Position numbers and translations under genes: made by a program
The notes under the pieces: model-generated
Told to the model about the DNA's origin: nothing
Database searches by the model: none
Seen by the model: only the letters and a program-made list of their open reading frames with translations
Shown: piece by piece, positions 17,922 to 27,155 of the stretch
Layout: every line of letters starts with the position of its first letter
Position numbering within the stretch: the stretch's first letter is position 1
From: Alphaproteobacteria bacterium
GTDB taxonomy: Bacteria; Pseudomonadota; Alphaproteobacteria; Rs-D84
NCBI GenBank assembly: GCA_009784235.1
Contig: WRCC01000003.1
Coordinates: 328 to 64,327, forward strand
Length of the DNA: 64,000 bases
Reading direction: 5' to 3'

Positions 17922-20900
17922 TTAAAAGTTTGCCCGAATACCCATATTGGCGCCATAGTTCTTGAACTCTTTGTCGCCGTGCTGGTATGTGAATTCCCCG
18001 AACATGCCCATTCTGGCCGTGATTTCGCCGACCAAACCGATACCGTATTCATAACGGCTTTGCGGCAATTCGGAATTCAGCAGCACGCCGTCATAAGTAA
18101 TATTCGTCCGGCCATCGAATTCGCGCAGGTATGTAAATTTTGCATACGGCTGGACGGATTCAAAGTTATATCGCATCAGGAATCCGACTTGTCCGGATAA
18201 TGACGAACTGGCGTCATATTGGCCTGTGAATCCCGCGCTGTCTGTAAATTTATCGCCGTCGATATATGCATATACCAATTCTGCGCGCGGCTCCAGAATC
18301 AATCTGTCGGTCGCCTTGTATTGGTATCCCAGTTCCGCGCTGACCATAGCCACCAGCGATTTGGTCGTATAATCGATTTTATTGTCGGCGCCGTCGTAAT
18401 AGTATGCATAGCTGTCCAAAAATGCCATACGACCGATCAGGTCGATATAAACATTGCTGGGGAACAATGTCGTTAAATAAATATTCGCGTATGGAACAGT
18501 TGCACTGCCGCCGCCGTCGCGCGACGCCAATGCCGATGTTTTATGACTGGCCGAATTTATACCCGCGCCGCCGCCCAGAATCATGCGCGTTGTGGAACCG
18601 CCCAGCATATCGCGGTCGATGCCTGCTTCGGCGCCGAAATTATTGCCTTTGACTTTGGTCAAATCGTTGAATTCGGTCTGGTTTCCATAAGTACGCGCCC
18701 AAACACGGGTCTTGGACACAGGTCCAGCCAATCGCAAATCACCCAGACGTTTGTGCAACGCATTTTGAATATCGCGCACGGCATAATGGAACCGATGCGC
18801 ACCGTGCATTCCGATATTGGTCGCCGCATCAGACAGCGTCGGAACAAACACATCGCCGCCACCGCCGTTGCCATTTCCGTCATCCGGAATTTCGATACAA
18901 TTATCACCGACACAATTCAGCGACCATATACCGGCATTATTCGCCAGCACATAATTGCGCGCGCCGATACCAACATAGTCTGCACCGTTCGCCAGCGTGA
19001 AATTCATAATACCGGATTGGTCGTCGATTAATTCCAATCCTTGGATGACGCCGACATTCGCCGCACCCACGGCCAATTTATGGTCCACCACGCCCCAATC
19101 CAACACAGATAATATCGTCAGATGGTCGGCGATGCCCGCATCATAATCGGTATTCATCACGAATGTGATATCGCTGTGCGCGTCCAGCTGGGAAATGGTC
19201 GCAGTCTTGAAATCCGCGGTATAATGCGAAAACTCGATTCTTGCACCCGCTGCTTCATCACCGACCAATATCCGCGGCAATATCAGATTATTATCCGAAA
19301 TAATAATGCTGGAATTTTCGCCGGACATGGCGAATGTGATATTCGAATCGTAAGTATATTGCTTTAATTCCAATATTCCACCGCCCGCGCCTATATTCAC
19401 GTCGCGCGCGAATATATTATTTGCATCCGATGCGCCCAGCAATAAATACCCGCCTGGATTTAAATCCAAAGTTGACCCGCCCGATTCTACATTACCGATA
19501 ATAATCAGATTATCGATATTGCCCAAATCGGCATCGCGACCGATATTGTTCAAATATCCACCATGAAATGCATTAATAAACCCGCCGTTGAAATTATCAA
19601 TATACGCGCGGTCGGTCATCATGCCGATTGAGCCGCCAGTCATCAAGCCCATCCAGGACGACCCAGAAAAATCATGAATATAACCCGCCGTCATGCTGCC
19701 CACTGAACCTTGGTGAATGGTTCCAATATCGCCACCGGTCATTAATCCAATATACGCATCGTCATGAATATCATCGATGCGACCGCTGGTTATTGTTCCG
19801 ATACTGCTGCTGCGCAGATTACGAATATTGCCGCTGGTCATCATGTCGATATGGCTGCCCCCGCTGATATCCTGGATTTCGCCGCCCATCAGCAGACCGA
19901 TGTGTCCGCCGTTTTTAATGTTTCCAATCTGGCCATTAAACATCGCCACGATATTTCGTCCGTCCAAATTCTCTATACGGCCACCAAACATATTTTCAAT
20001 CGTGCCACCGGAAACAGTGCCGACATATCCGTCGAACAAATTGGTAATAACGCCACCGGTCATGGAATCAATACGAGTGTATCCTTCGTTATACATATTT
20101 CGAATTTCGCCGGCATTGTTATTTATGGTGCCATTGGTAAATCTGTTAATCGTGCCACCATTATGATATACGATTGTGCCGCCGCGCATATTTTCGATGT
20201 ATCCGTTGGACTTGTTTATAATCGTGCCAAAGTTCATATTGTTAATGCGCGCATCGCCGTTCATCGCGTATATTGTGCCGTCATACATATTATCGATACG
20301 CGCATTTCCGGACATCGACATAATCAAAGAATTATCATACATATTATATATGTGCCCGCCCGTCATAGACCGAATATTTCCGTAATTCCGCAGCGTGCCG
20401 ATATATCCGCCCTGCATATTGTTGATTTGTCCGCCGTGCAAGGTGTCGATATTACCGTTGATAAAATTCTGGACTTCGCCGCCGTACATGTTGCTGATGC
20501 GGCCATAGTTAATATTGGTGATTCGTCCGTTGTTCATGCTATAGACAGTTGCAGAATCATTCAGGTTATTTATAACGGCGCCCCATCCGTTCATGTTATC
20601 GATTCTGGCATAACTGATATTATTAATCGTCCCGCCGTACATATTGTAAATTATAGCATTTTCGTAATAATAATTGGTCCATCCGCCTGGATTCCAAACA
20701 CTGGCATATCCATTGACATTATCTATATATCCACCGTTCATATTATTTATGATGGTTGCGGTCGCATTACTGGAATTCATGTTGTACAGATAAGCACCAC
20801 TGTTCAGATTATTTATGGTGCCACCATACATATAGCCGCCCCACTGATTAAAAGAATCCCACCATTCGCCGTGGTTTATCGATACCGAATGCGATGGCAT

Positions 20901-20948
20901 TGCAGCAATAGAAAAAACAACCGCTGAAGTTAAAAATAATTTTTTCAT
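17922..20948 (-). CDS. Autotransporter (type Va) with highly repetitive passenger
   Basis: Signal peptide MKKLFLTSAVVFSIAAMPSHS after a GGGAGAGG SD. The passenger is dozens of GGxIxNM-like units. The C-terminal ~280 aa has an alternating beta-strand pattern ending ..GANMGIRANF, typical of an autotransporter barrel. Confidence 0.88.
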   Translation of the reverse strand: MKKLFLTSAVVFSIAAMPSHSVSINHGEWWDSFNQWGGYMYGGTINNLNSGAYLYNMNSSNATATIINNMNGGYIDNVNGYASVWNPGGWTNYYYENAIIYNMYGGTINNISYARIDNMNGWGAVINNLNDSATVYSMNNGRITNINYGRISNMYGGEVQNFINGNIDTLHGGQINNMQGGYIGTLRNYGNIRSMTGGHIYNMYDNSLIMSMSGNARIDNMYDGTIYAMNGDARINNMNFGTIINKSNGYIENMRGGTIVYHNGGTINRFTNGTINNNAGEIRNMYNEGYTRIDSMTGGVITNLFDGYVGTVSGGTIENMFGGRIENLDGRNIVAMFNGQIGNIKNGGHIGLLMGGEIQDISGGSHIDMMTSGNIRNLRSSSIGTITSGRIDDIHDDAYIGLMTGGDIGTIHQGSVGSMTAGYIHDFSGSSWMGLMTGGSIGMMTDRAYIDNFNGGFINAFHGGYLNNIGRDADLGNIDNLIIIGNVESGGSTLDLNPGGYLLLGASDANNIFARDVNIGAGGGILELKQYTYDSNITFAMSGENSSIIISDNNLILPRILVGDEAAGARIEFSHYTADFKTATISQLDAHSDITFVMNTDYDAGIADHLTILSVLDWGVVDHKLAVGAANVGVIQGLELIDDQSGIMNFTLANGADYVGIGARNYVLANNAGIWSLNCVGDNCIEIPDDGNGNGGGGDVFVPTLSDAATNIGMHGAHRFHYAVRDIQNALHKRLGDLRLAGPVSKTRVWARTYGNQTEFNDLTKVKGNNFGAEAGIDRDMLGGSTTRMILGGGAGINSASHKTSALASRDGGGSATVPYANIYLTTLFPSNVYIDLIGRMAFLDSYAYYYDGADNKIDYTTKSLVAMVSAELGYQYKATDRLILEPRAELVYAYIDGDKFTDSAGFTGQYDASSSLSGQVGFLMRYNFESVQPYAKFTYLREFDGRTNITYDGVLLNSELPQSRYEYGIGLVGEITARMGMFGEFTYQHGDKEFKNYGANMGIRANF

Positions 20949-21012
20949 GAATCCTCTCCCGTTATTATACAATAGGAATTCTATCACATAATCATGAAAT
21001 AAAAAAGGTGTT

Positions 21013-21040
21013 AAAAATCGCCGCGATTGCGGCGATTTTT
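21013..21040 (-). terminator. Intrinsic terminator after 21043-23763
   Basis: A-run, ATCGCCGC-GATT-GCGGCGAT, T-run. Confidence 0.65.
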
Positions 21041-21042
21041 AT

Positions 21043-23763
21043 TTACATGGCAATGTCACGACACTCCTCAACCGGTGGTTCAGATTCGCATTGGACGCCG
21101 CGGCTGTCCCACAGCCCCAGGAACCCGCGACTGCCCTTTGTCCGGCAATTCTTTATAATTGTCGAAGTACAGTAATGACAGTTGCGCGTATTCCGATCGA
21201 ACAGCGACCACATTTCGCGCGTACCACCATCAAATTCGACTGAATGCTTGGATGATGCCAAGACGCCAATGGCCTTGACCGCCGCATCCGCAATCGCGAC
21301 AACCGGAACTGTTTTTGCCATTGTTGACGCAAGGCCGGTCGCTGTTTCCGCGGCTTTCGATGCGGTCATCGCAACCGTTGCCGCCGCAGTCGTGCCAACG
21401 CCCATAACAATGGTTCCGCCTGTGCCCCCTGTACGTGCACCCGCCGCCGCACCAGTTGTGGTTTCCATCGTCGTCTGGCCCAATGTTCCGGATGTGCGCG
21501 TTCCGCCCGCGGCAATCGCGCTGTCCGCAACGCCCGCAAATTCCATGACTATGGCATACGGAGTAATAATATTATTATTCATTTCCGCAGCGGTCGTGCC
21601 CTGGGCCATGCCGTTTGAAAATGGCAATTTATTACACATCAAGTTTGCCATATCAACGGATGCATTACGCATTGCGTCCGCGACAATTTCATTGAATTTC
21701 CGGTTGTAATTATCCTGGGCCGCGCGCAATGCGGAAACCGATATTTGCATTTTAACCTGGTTCAGCAAATTCGGAAAACGCGCCGCCGTCCGGCCGGCCG
21801 TGCCCGTAATCTGCGACGTGTCGCGGCCATTTATGCAGTATTGAATCTGCGGGTCTAATTCAATCATTTCAATGACGCGGTTAATTGTGCCCTGGATATT
21901 TTGCAATTCGAAATAGATATTATCGACAACGCGGCCGTATTGTTCCGGCACACCCAATCGGCCCAAGCTTTCGAAATAATCACGCAAATCAATCATTCCG
22001 GCGCCCAGTGTGATTTCATTTCCGTCCAAATTGCGCACGCGCGTCTGACCATTTCCGACATTAATTTTTCCGAACGATATCATGCCGCTGATGCGATATA
22101 CTCCGCCGTCTTTTTGCGATGCCAACGAACCTGTACCCATCGTATCGTCCGCGGCGAACCGATTACAATCGGACGTCGAACCACATATTTCCATCATCTT
22201 GGTTTCGACCAAGTTCTGGCAATTTTCCAGTGCGGCATTATCAACGTTCAGCCAAAAGCCCAACAGCAGGCGGTCCAAATCTTCCATCTTGAATTCCTGG
22301 CCGCGTTCGGCGTAATTTCGGCGGCAAATCGGCAAAGAATCCAGTGGACACATTTGGTGCATGAAATTGTAATCCATACCGATACAGTTTGAAAAATCCG
22401 AACCGCATCCAATTGGCGCGGGCCGCGTAAAACAGGTACGCACTTCGTCAGTACAAGCATCAACCGCGATGGAACGCAGACGCGCGACGACGTATGTCCA
22501 GATTTCCGGTTCCATCCGTTCACACGGGTCGATTACATTTTTACATGTCGCGCGGGCGACGGCGCCGTTACGGTCCAGACATGCCGCGATATTTCCACCT
22601 TGGCCAATCATCGGATCGGCGCACGCTTTCTGAATACACGCCGAAATATCGCCCATGCAGGATTGACGCATTCCAGATTCCAAATTCAATTCAGCCAATC
22701 GCATTTCCGGTGCAATATCGCGCAAGAAATTTGGCCACACGGTATCGCGCACGGCCATACATTGGTCCAGAATTCGTTCGCACATAATCTTTTTGGAATC
22801 CAGCATTTCCAATGTCGATGGCGAAATCTGGAATTTTTGTGTTGTTGCAACAGTTGTGCGCGCTGTACTGATGGCGCGATTATTCTGCATATTTTCCGCC
22901 GCCACAAAAGATGCACATCGTGACCAATCGGCACCACATGCATCATCGCCGCGCATGCATTGTTTGAAATTTATCAGACATGTTCCGGCATCGAAACGGT
23001 TTGCTTCTTCGAAAGATGCGCGCAATGCGCCGCGGACTTCGCCACGTGCTTCGGCCAATTCGGATTCAGCGCGGCGTTTTTCATTTTGTGTAAAATTATC
23101 AAATGCGCGACAATCATTTCGAATTTGCGTCGAATACAATTGCGTAATCATTTGTTCATCACGTGCGCGGCATGACGCCGGCATTTGAGGAGCGCACATT
23201 TTATGCGCGGCAGTGCGTAAAGATTCACCCGTCTGGTTTGCAATTGAATCAAAAGTTTCCGCGAACGGATTGCCTAAATCGAAAGCATTATTATTATCCC
23301 ACAGCGACATCATTTCCGCGCGCCGTCGGTCACGCGCCGCGCGCGTGCTTTCAGGCGCAGTCGCTGCATTCAATCCAACAACATTGCCCGCCGCGTCATA
23401 CCGACGTTCGCCGGTGAATATAATATCGGCACGTGCGCCTGCTTCGATTTTTTCGACCTCGATTGTACGCAGATTGTTTGCTTCGGCCAGTTGTTTTTCA
23501 ACATCCGTCAAGACTGCTTGGAATTTATCGTTATCATCACTGCATAAACAAGAACCCGCGGCTTCGTTATCTGAAATACAAAATTGATCCATACATCCAA
23601 AATATGCGTTGTGACATTCCGGCGAATAAAGACCCGTTGCTTCGACACGCTGGCGCACAGCCGTACCGCCTGGCACAACCGCAGTGCGCGCCGCAACGGC
23701 GGCCGCAGCATCGCCAATCGCGATGCCAATTATTGCAAATGATATTAAGAATATTTTTTTCAT
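21043..23763 (-). CDS. Large exported cysteine-rich protein (906 aa), CMDQFC family
   Basis: Signal peptide MKKIFLISFAIIGIAIGDAAA. Has CHNAYFGCMDQFCISDNEAAGSCLCS, NDCRAFDNF, ACGADWSRC and GCGSDFSNC. About 36 Cys by hand count. Gly/Ala/Thr-rich C-terminal segment. Confidence 0.8.
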   Translation of the reverse strand: MKKIFLISFAIIGIAIGDAAAAVAARTAVVPGGTAVRQRVEATGLYSPECHNAYFGCMDQFCISDNEAAGSCLCSDDNDKFQAVLTDVEKQLAEANNLRTIEVEKIEAGARADIIFTGERRYDAAGNVVGLNAATAPESTRAARDRRRAEMMSLWDNNNAFDLGNPFAETFDSIANQTGESLRTAAHKMCAPQMPASCRARDEQMITQLYSTQIRNDCRAFDNFTQNEKRRAESELAEARGEVRGALRASFEEANRFDAGTCLINFKQCMRGDDACGADWSRCASFVAAENMQNNRAISTARTTVATTQKFQISPSTLEMLDSKKIMCERILDQCMAVRDTVWPNFLRDIAPEMRLAELNLESGMRQSCMGDISACIQKACADPMIGQGGNIAACLDRNGAVARATCKNVIDPCERMEPEIWTYVVARLRSIAVDACTDEVRTCFTRPAPIGCGSDFSNCIGMDYNFMHQMCPLDSLPICRRNYAERGQEFKMEDLDRLLLGFWLNVDNAALENCQNLVETKMMEICGSTSDCNRFAADDTMGTGSLASQKDGGVYRISGMISFGKINVGNGQTRVRNLDGNEITLGAGMIDLRDYFESLGRLGVPEQYGRVVDNIYFELQNIQGTINRVIEMIELDPQIQYCINGRDTSQITGTAGRTAARFPNLLNQVKMQISVSALRAAQDNYNRKFNEIVADAMRNASVDMANLMCNKLPFSNGMAQGTTAAEMNNNIITPYAIVMEFAGVADSAIAAGGTRTSGTLGQTTMETTTGAAAGARTGGTGGTIVMGVGTTAAATVAMTASKAAETATGLASTMAKTVPVVAIADAAVKAIGVLASSKHSVEFDGGTREMWSLFDRNTRNCHYCTSTIIKNCRTKGSRGFLGLWDSRGVQCESEPPVEECRDIAM

Positions 23764-23783
23764 TCTCTCTCCGTTGAATGAAA

Positions 23784-25946
23784 TTACATGTTGGTGTTAT
23801 CGCAACTTTCGATTTCTTGGCATACCATTTGTGCTTTGGATTTGCCGCCAATCAATCCGACAACGCCGCCGACCGCGCCACCAATCAGCGCGCCCCATGG
23901 CCCGGCAACCATACCCGCACCCGCACCGCCGGCCGCCATCGCACCCGCGCTGCCCAATCCGGAATTGTTTGTTCCGCCGCGCGCACATACTTTTTGAACC
24001 GTGCAGATTTTGCAATTGCGTAATGCTTCTTCGAACACGTGCGTTGTAACCCATGTGCCCGGTTTGTTTTCGCTTTGCGCGTGCGATGAATTTCCAGCGC
24101 GGCGTGCATTAAATACTTCGTCGCAATTTTTACGTGCATCCGCCACCGACATTGCACGCGACAATTCAGCCTTGCGCGCGGCCCATGCGCGTTTCAACCG
24201 GTCTTCGGCCTGGATAACCGCAATGCTTTTTGCGATGACATTTACATTTTTACCCGCATTGCCAACACATCGTTTAACCGTTGGGTCAGATTCCAATTGC
24301 TTGAATAATTGGTCTGATTCCGTACGGGCAAACATTCGTATCGGCGATACGCCGTCGCGTCCGGCGGTGATTAATCTGTTCAAATCATCCATCGTCAAAG
24401 CGGTTTCAATCGCCGGATTTATCGATATGCACGAAACCATGTCCGCGCCGCACGTACGGTTCAGCACGTCCGCGAAATAGTTGATACATCCATCGGTCAG
24501 CTGGGAATCAACCTGCCACAATGCGGACGCCAATATAGTATCGAAATCGTCATTGTTCGCGCATGATGGGAACATTTCCTGGGGGCACATTGCGGCGATG
24601 CCGACGGCTTGTTCACCGATACATGCTGGGTTCGAATAATCAATTCCGCATTTGTCTTGCAAACATTTCGTGACATCATTCTGGCAGAAACGCGAACGAA
24701 TAAAGCCCAAATTCCCAGAAACAATATTTTTCATCCCAGGCACAAGCGTTTCACATTCATTGATTATCGGACAAATTCCGGCGGCAACATTGATGTTGGA
24801 AAGGCAATCTGCACGCGTGCCAATGCGACATGAATCTTCCAAGCATGCATCAATGCGCAGCAAGCAGGACCCGCGTTTATCACGTTCTGCGAATGCTGCG
24901 GCTTCGCGCAGAATCGTGACTGTGCGTTCTTCCCATCTTTCTGTAACATACGAACGTGACGCCAAACATTGGTCCAGAATATTATCGCACGCACGCGCAC
25001 GCATAGACAGCAATCCAGCATCCAAACAGTTTTCGAAATTATCGCCGCATCCGCCCTTGTTCGAAACACAAGATTCAAACGCGACCAAGCATTCACCCGC
25101 ATTGAAACGATTCGTCACGTCGCGCATTTCCCATCGCGCGGCACGAACTTGCCTCTCGGCCAGTGCAAGATTTGATTCCGCGATTTTTTTCTGTTCACCC
25201 AAGAATGCATTAAACGCACGACAATCATTTGTGATTAAACGTTCATATAAAATTTCTTCCATTCGCGCATCCGGGCCGCATGCTTCCAACCTGCTCGCGC
25301 ATGATGCACGCGCCATCTGATATAAATTGCGCCCTATTTCTTCGTCCGCATCCAGCGCGGCTGACGACCCACCACCAATCCACGCCATAAAATCAATACC
25401 GCGACTTTTTGCTTTTTGTCCGGTTCCAAATGCCCAATCCGCGTGTGCGCCGTACCGTTCGCGTTCGACGCCTTCGTTCGCGGCGCGTGATGCACGCGTC
25501 ATAATATCGTTGATTTCTTTAATCAAAGGTTTGGATTGATTTATGTTATCGGAACAAGCGCACCGTTCGCCTTCGGTTGAATCCATCAAACAGAATTGGT
25601 CCATGCAATCACGAAATTCAGTGCGGCAATTGTTTGAACTGCCCGCTGCGGGGGTGGGTTCTGGTGTGCCGGCTGATATTGCAATTATTGCTTTTTCCAT
25701 TGGGGTTGCCGGCGCCGGTGCAACGGGAACAAATGGTTGAACAGATGGCCCGCCACCGCCACCGCCGCCCAATCCCGCAACCATGCTGGGCGCACGTTGA
25801 CGCGCCGCGGTCTGGGAAGCATTCGCACGAACCGCCGTCGCGCGCGTTGGTGCATGCGCGTCTTCGGATCGTTCTGCGCCATGTGCCACGCCGCATAATA
25901 AAATTACGGAAAATACCGGAATCAAACCGGAAATTATTTTCTTCAT
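23784..25946 (-). CDS. Large exported cysteine-rich protein (~720 aa), CMDQFC family
   Basis: ATG at 25946 after a GGGAAGAG SD gives MKKIISGLIPVFSVILLCGVAHG. Has CRTEFRDCMDQFCLMDSTEGERCACS, NDCRAFNAF and GCGDNFENC. C-terminal Gly-zipper AGGAGAGMVAGPWGALIGGAVGGVVGLIGG. Confidence 0.8.
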   Translation of the reverse strand: MKKIISGLIPVFSVILLCGVAHGAERSEDAHAPTRATAVRANASQTAARQRAPSMVAGLGGGGGGGPSVQPFVPVAPAPATPMEKAIIAISAGTPEPTPAAGSSNNCRTEFRDCMDQFCLMDSTEGERCACSDNINQSKPLIKEINDIMTRASRAANEGVERERYGAHADWAFGTGQKAKSRGIDFMAWIGGGSSAALDADEEIGRNLYQMARASCASRLEACGPDARMEEILYERLITNDCRAFNAFLGEQKKIAESNLALAERQVRAARWEMRDVTNRFNAGECLVAFESCVSNKGGCGDNFENCLDAGLLSMRARACDNILDQCLASRSYVTERWEERTVTILREAAAFAERDKRGSCLLRIDACLEDSCRIGTRADCLSNINVAAGICPIINECETLVPGMKNIVSGNLGFIRSRFCQNDVTKCLQDKCGIDYSNPACIGEQAVGIAAMCPQEMFPSCANNDDFDTILASALWQVDSQLTDGCINYFADVLNRTCGADMVSCISINPAIETALTMDDLNRLITAGRDGVSPIRMFARTESDQLFKQLESDPTVKRCVGNAGKNVNVIAKSIAVIQAEDRLKRAWAARKAELSRAMSVADARKNCDEVFNARRAGNSSHAQSENKPGTWVTTHVFEEALRNCKICTVQKVCARGGTNNSGLGSAGAMAAGGAGAGMVAGPWGALIGGAVGGVVGLIGGKSKAQMVCQEIESCDNTNM

Positions 25947-26031
25947 CTCTTCCCTTTTTATATCTCTTGTAAATTTTATCAGAAAAGGCCCGCAGGGGCA
26001 AATCATTATTTGTTCCCGTAATTATTATTTT

Positions 26032-26065
26032 ACTGGATTGCTTCGTGCATGCAATCAATGACAAC
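26032..26065. repeat. Half copy of the 557-672 palindromic element
   Basis: ACTGGATTGCTTCGT GCATGCAATCAATGACAAC. The first 15 nt are identical to 557-571, and the continuation resembles the reverse complement of 633-657. Confidence 0.55.
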
Positions 26066-26109
26066 TTTTTACTTGATTTTTAACCCAAATGAGTTAATAT
26101 GCACCGCAC

Positions 26110-26186
26110 GCGCGCATAGCTTAACTGGATAAAGCATCTGACTACGGATCAGAAGACTCAGGGTTCGAATCCTTGTGCGCGCGCCA
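26110..26186 (+). tRNA. tRNA-Arg (anticodon ACG)
   Basis: GCGCGCA TA GCTT AACTGGATAA AGCA T CTGAC TACGGAT... The anticodon stem TCTGA/TCAGA carries loop CTACGGA, the T-arm is CAGGG TTCGAAT CCTTG, and the acceptor TGCGCGC is followed by G CCA. 77 nt. Confidence 0.9.
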
Positions 26187-26206
26187 GATTTCCAAAGGTT
26201 TTAATA

Positions 26207-26527
26207 ATGTTTTCAATCCTTCTCACGCTCCTTATAATCGTCGCAATCATGATGATTGGCTTGATTTTGTTACAAAAATCCGAAGGTTCGGGCATGTCTG
26301 GGTCGTCCGCGGCATCTATGTTCGGCGGAATGATGACCGGCGCAGGCGCAGGAAACTTTATGACGCGCGCCACAGCAACACTGGCAACCATATTCTTTAT
26401 ATTGTGCGCATTGTTGGCGATTGTTGTATCGCGTTCCAATCATAACGCGGGTGAATCCGAATTGCGTATGGAATTAAATGCCCCGGCCGAATATGTGCCA
26501 ACCGTGCCAGAAATTCCAATGAATTAA
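26207..26527 (+). CDS. secG: Preprotein translocase subunit SecG
   Basis: Two TM helices flank LLQKSEGSGMSG....FGG, the SecG signature. Confidence 0.88.
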   Translation: MFSILLTLLIIVAIMMIGLILLQKSEGSGMSGSSAASMFGGMMTGAGAGNFMTRATATLATIFFILCALLAIVVSRSNHNAGESELRMELNAPAEYVPTVPEIPMN

Positions 26528-26551
26528 AAAATCCGCATTATGCGGATTTTT
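26526..26551 (+). terminator. Intrinsic terminator after secG
   Basis: ATCCGCA-TTA-TGCGGAT followed by a T-run. Confidence 0.75.
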
Positions 26552-26594
26552 ATTTTCTCTTTCTTTGCTGTCTTATTTTTGATAAAATTATAAT

Positions 26595-27095
26595 GTGAAA
26601 AAACACAAACTATTTTTGTCAATGGCTTTGTTTATCGCATTCATGATGCCTGCGTTTGCCGAACGGGTCTTGGAAACCAACTATTTCCCGGGGCTGGCTT
26701 TCAACGATGAATCCCGGACAGAATTCACATGGATATGGGATGTTTATACAGCAAAAAACACCAGACTTGCCGATTGCAATGCATGCGCTGCGAATAACAA
26801 CGGATGTATTGTCCGGGAAGAATCCGTTACCGCGACCGTAACGCGGGAACAAAAAGAATCTTTTGGTATCGCGAATTCCCCAACGGGCCGGGAAGTGGTC
26901 AGAACAAAATTCATAGCCGTCGGGTGCGCTGAACAGGCAGGCGATAATAATAATACAGCCACGGGCATGGCTGTAACTGGTCAGAATTTTGGTTCAAATA
27001 CAGCGAACAGTGTGGTCGCAAGTGCACAAAATAATCTGGTCGCAAACACACATTCCGCCAATTATGATGAAACCCGATTGATGATCAGGCGATAA
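26595..27095 (+). CDS. Exported hypothetical protein (166 aa, GTG start)
   Basis: Signal peptide MKKHKLFLSMALFIAFMMPAFA. The C-terminal ..NYDETRLMIRR resembles the mature N-terminus of 47491-48549. Confidence 0.5.
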   Translation: MKKHKLFLSMALFIAFMMPAFAERVLETNYFPGLAFNDESRTEFTWIWDVYTAKNTRLADCNACAANNNGCIVREESVTATVTREQKESFGIANSPTGREVVRTKFIAVGCAEQAGDNNNTATGMAVTGQNFGSNTANSVVASAQNNLVANTHSANYDETRLMIRR

Positions 27096-27155
27096 TCTAA
27101 ATTCCACTTTCCTTATTGTTGCGTTTTTGATAAAATAGTCATCAAAGAGAGAATT

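Noticed and set aside
19530-20840. CRISPR-like periodic DNA
   Set aside because: The periodicity is 21-30 bp of imperfect coding repeats inside an ORF, with no unique spacers. No cas genes and no repeat-spacer architecture occur anywhere in the window. The heptad arrays (35 bp) are also far too short.
19764-20927. 387-aa plus-strand ORF (and the 129-aa ORF at 19777-20166) opposite the autotransporter
   Set aside because: It lies entirely inside the repeat region of a well-supported minus-strand gene. It is a low-complexity I/H/V/N-rich mirror of the GGxIxNM repeats, with no SD or recognisable features.
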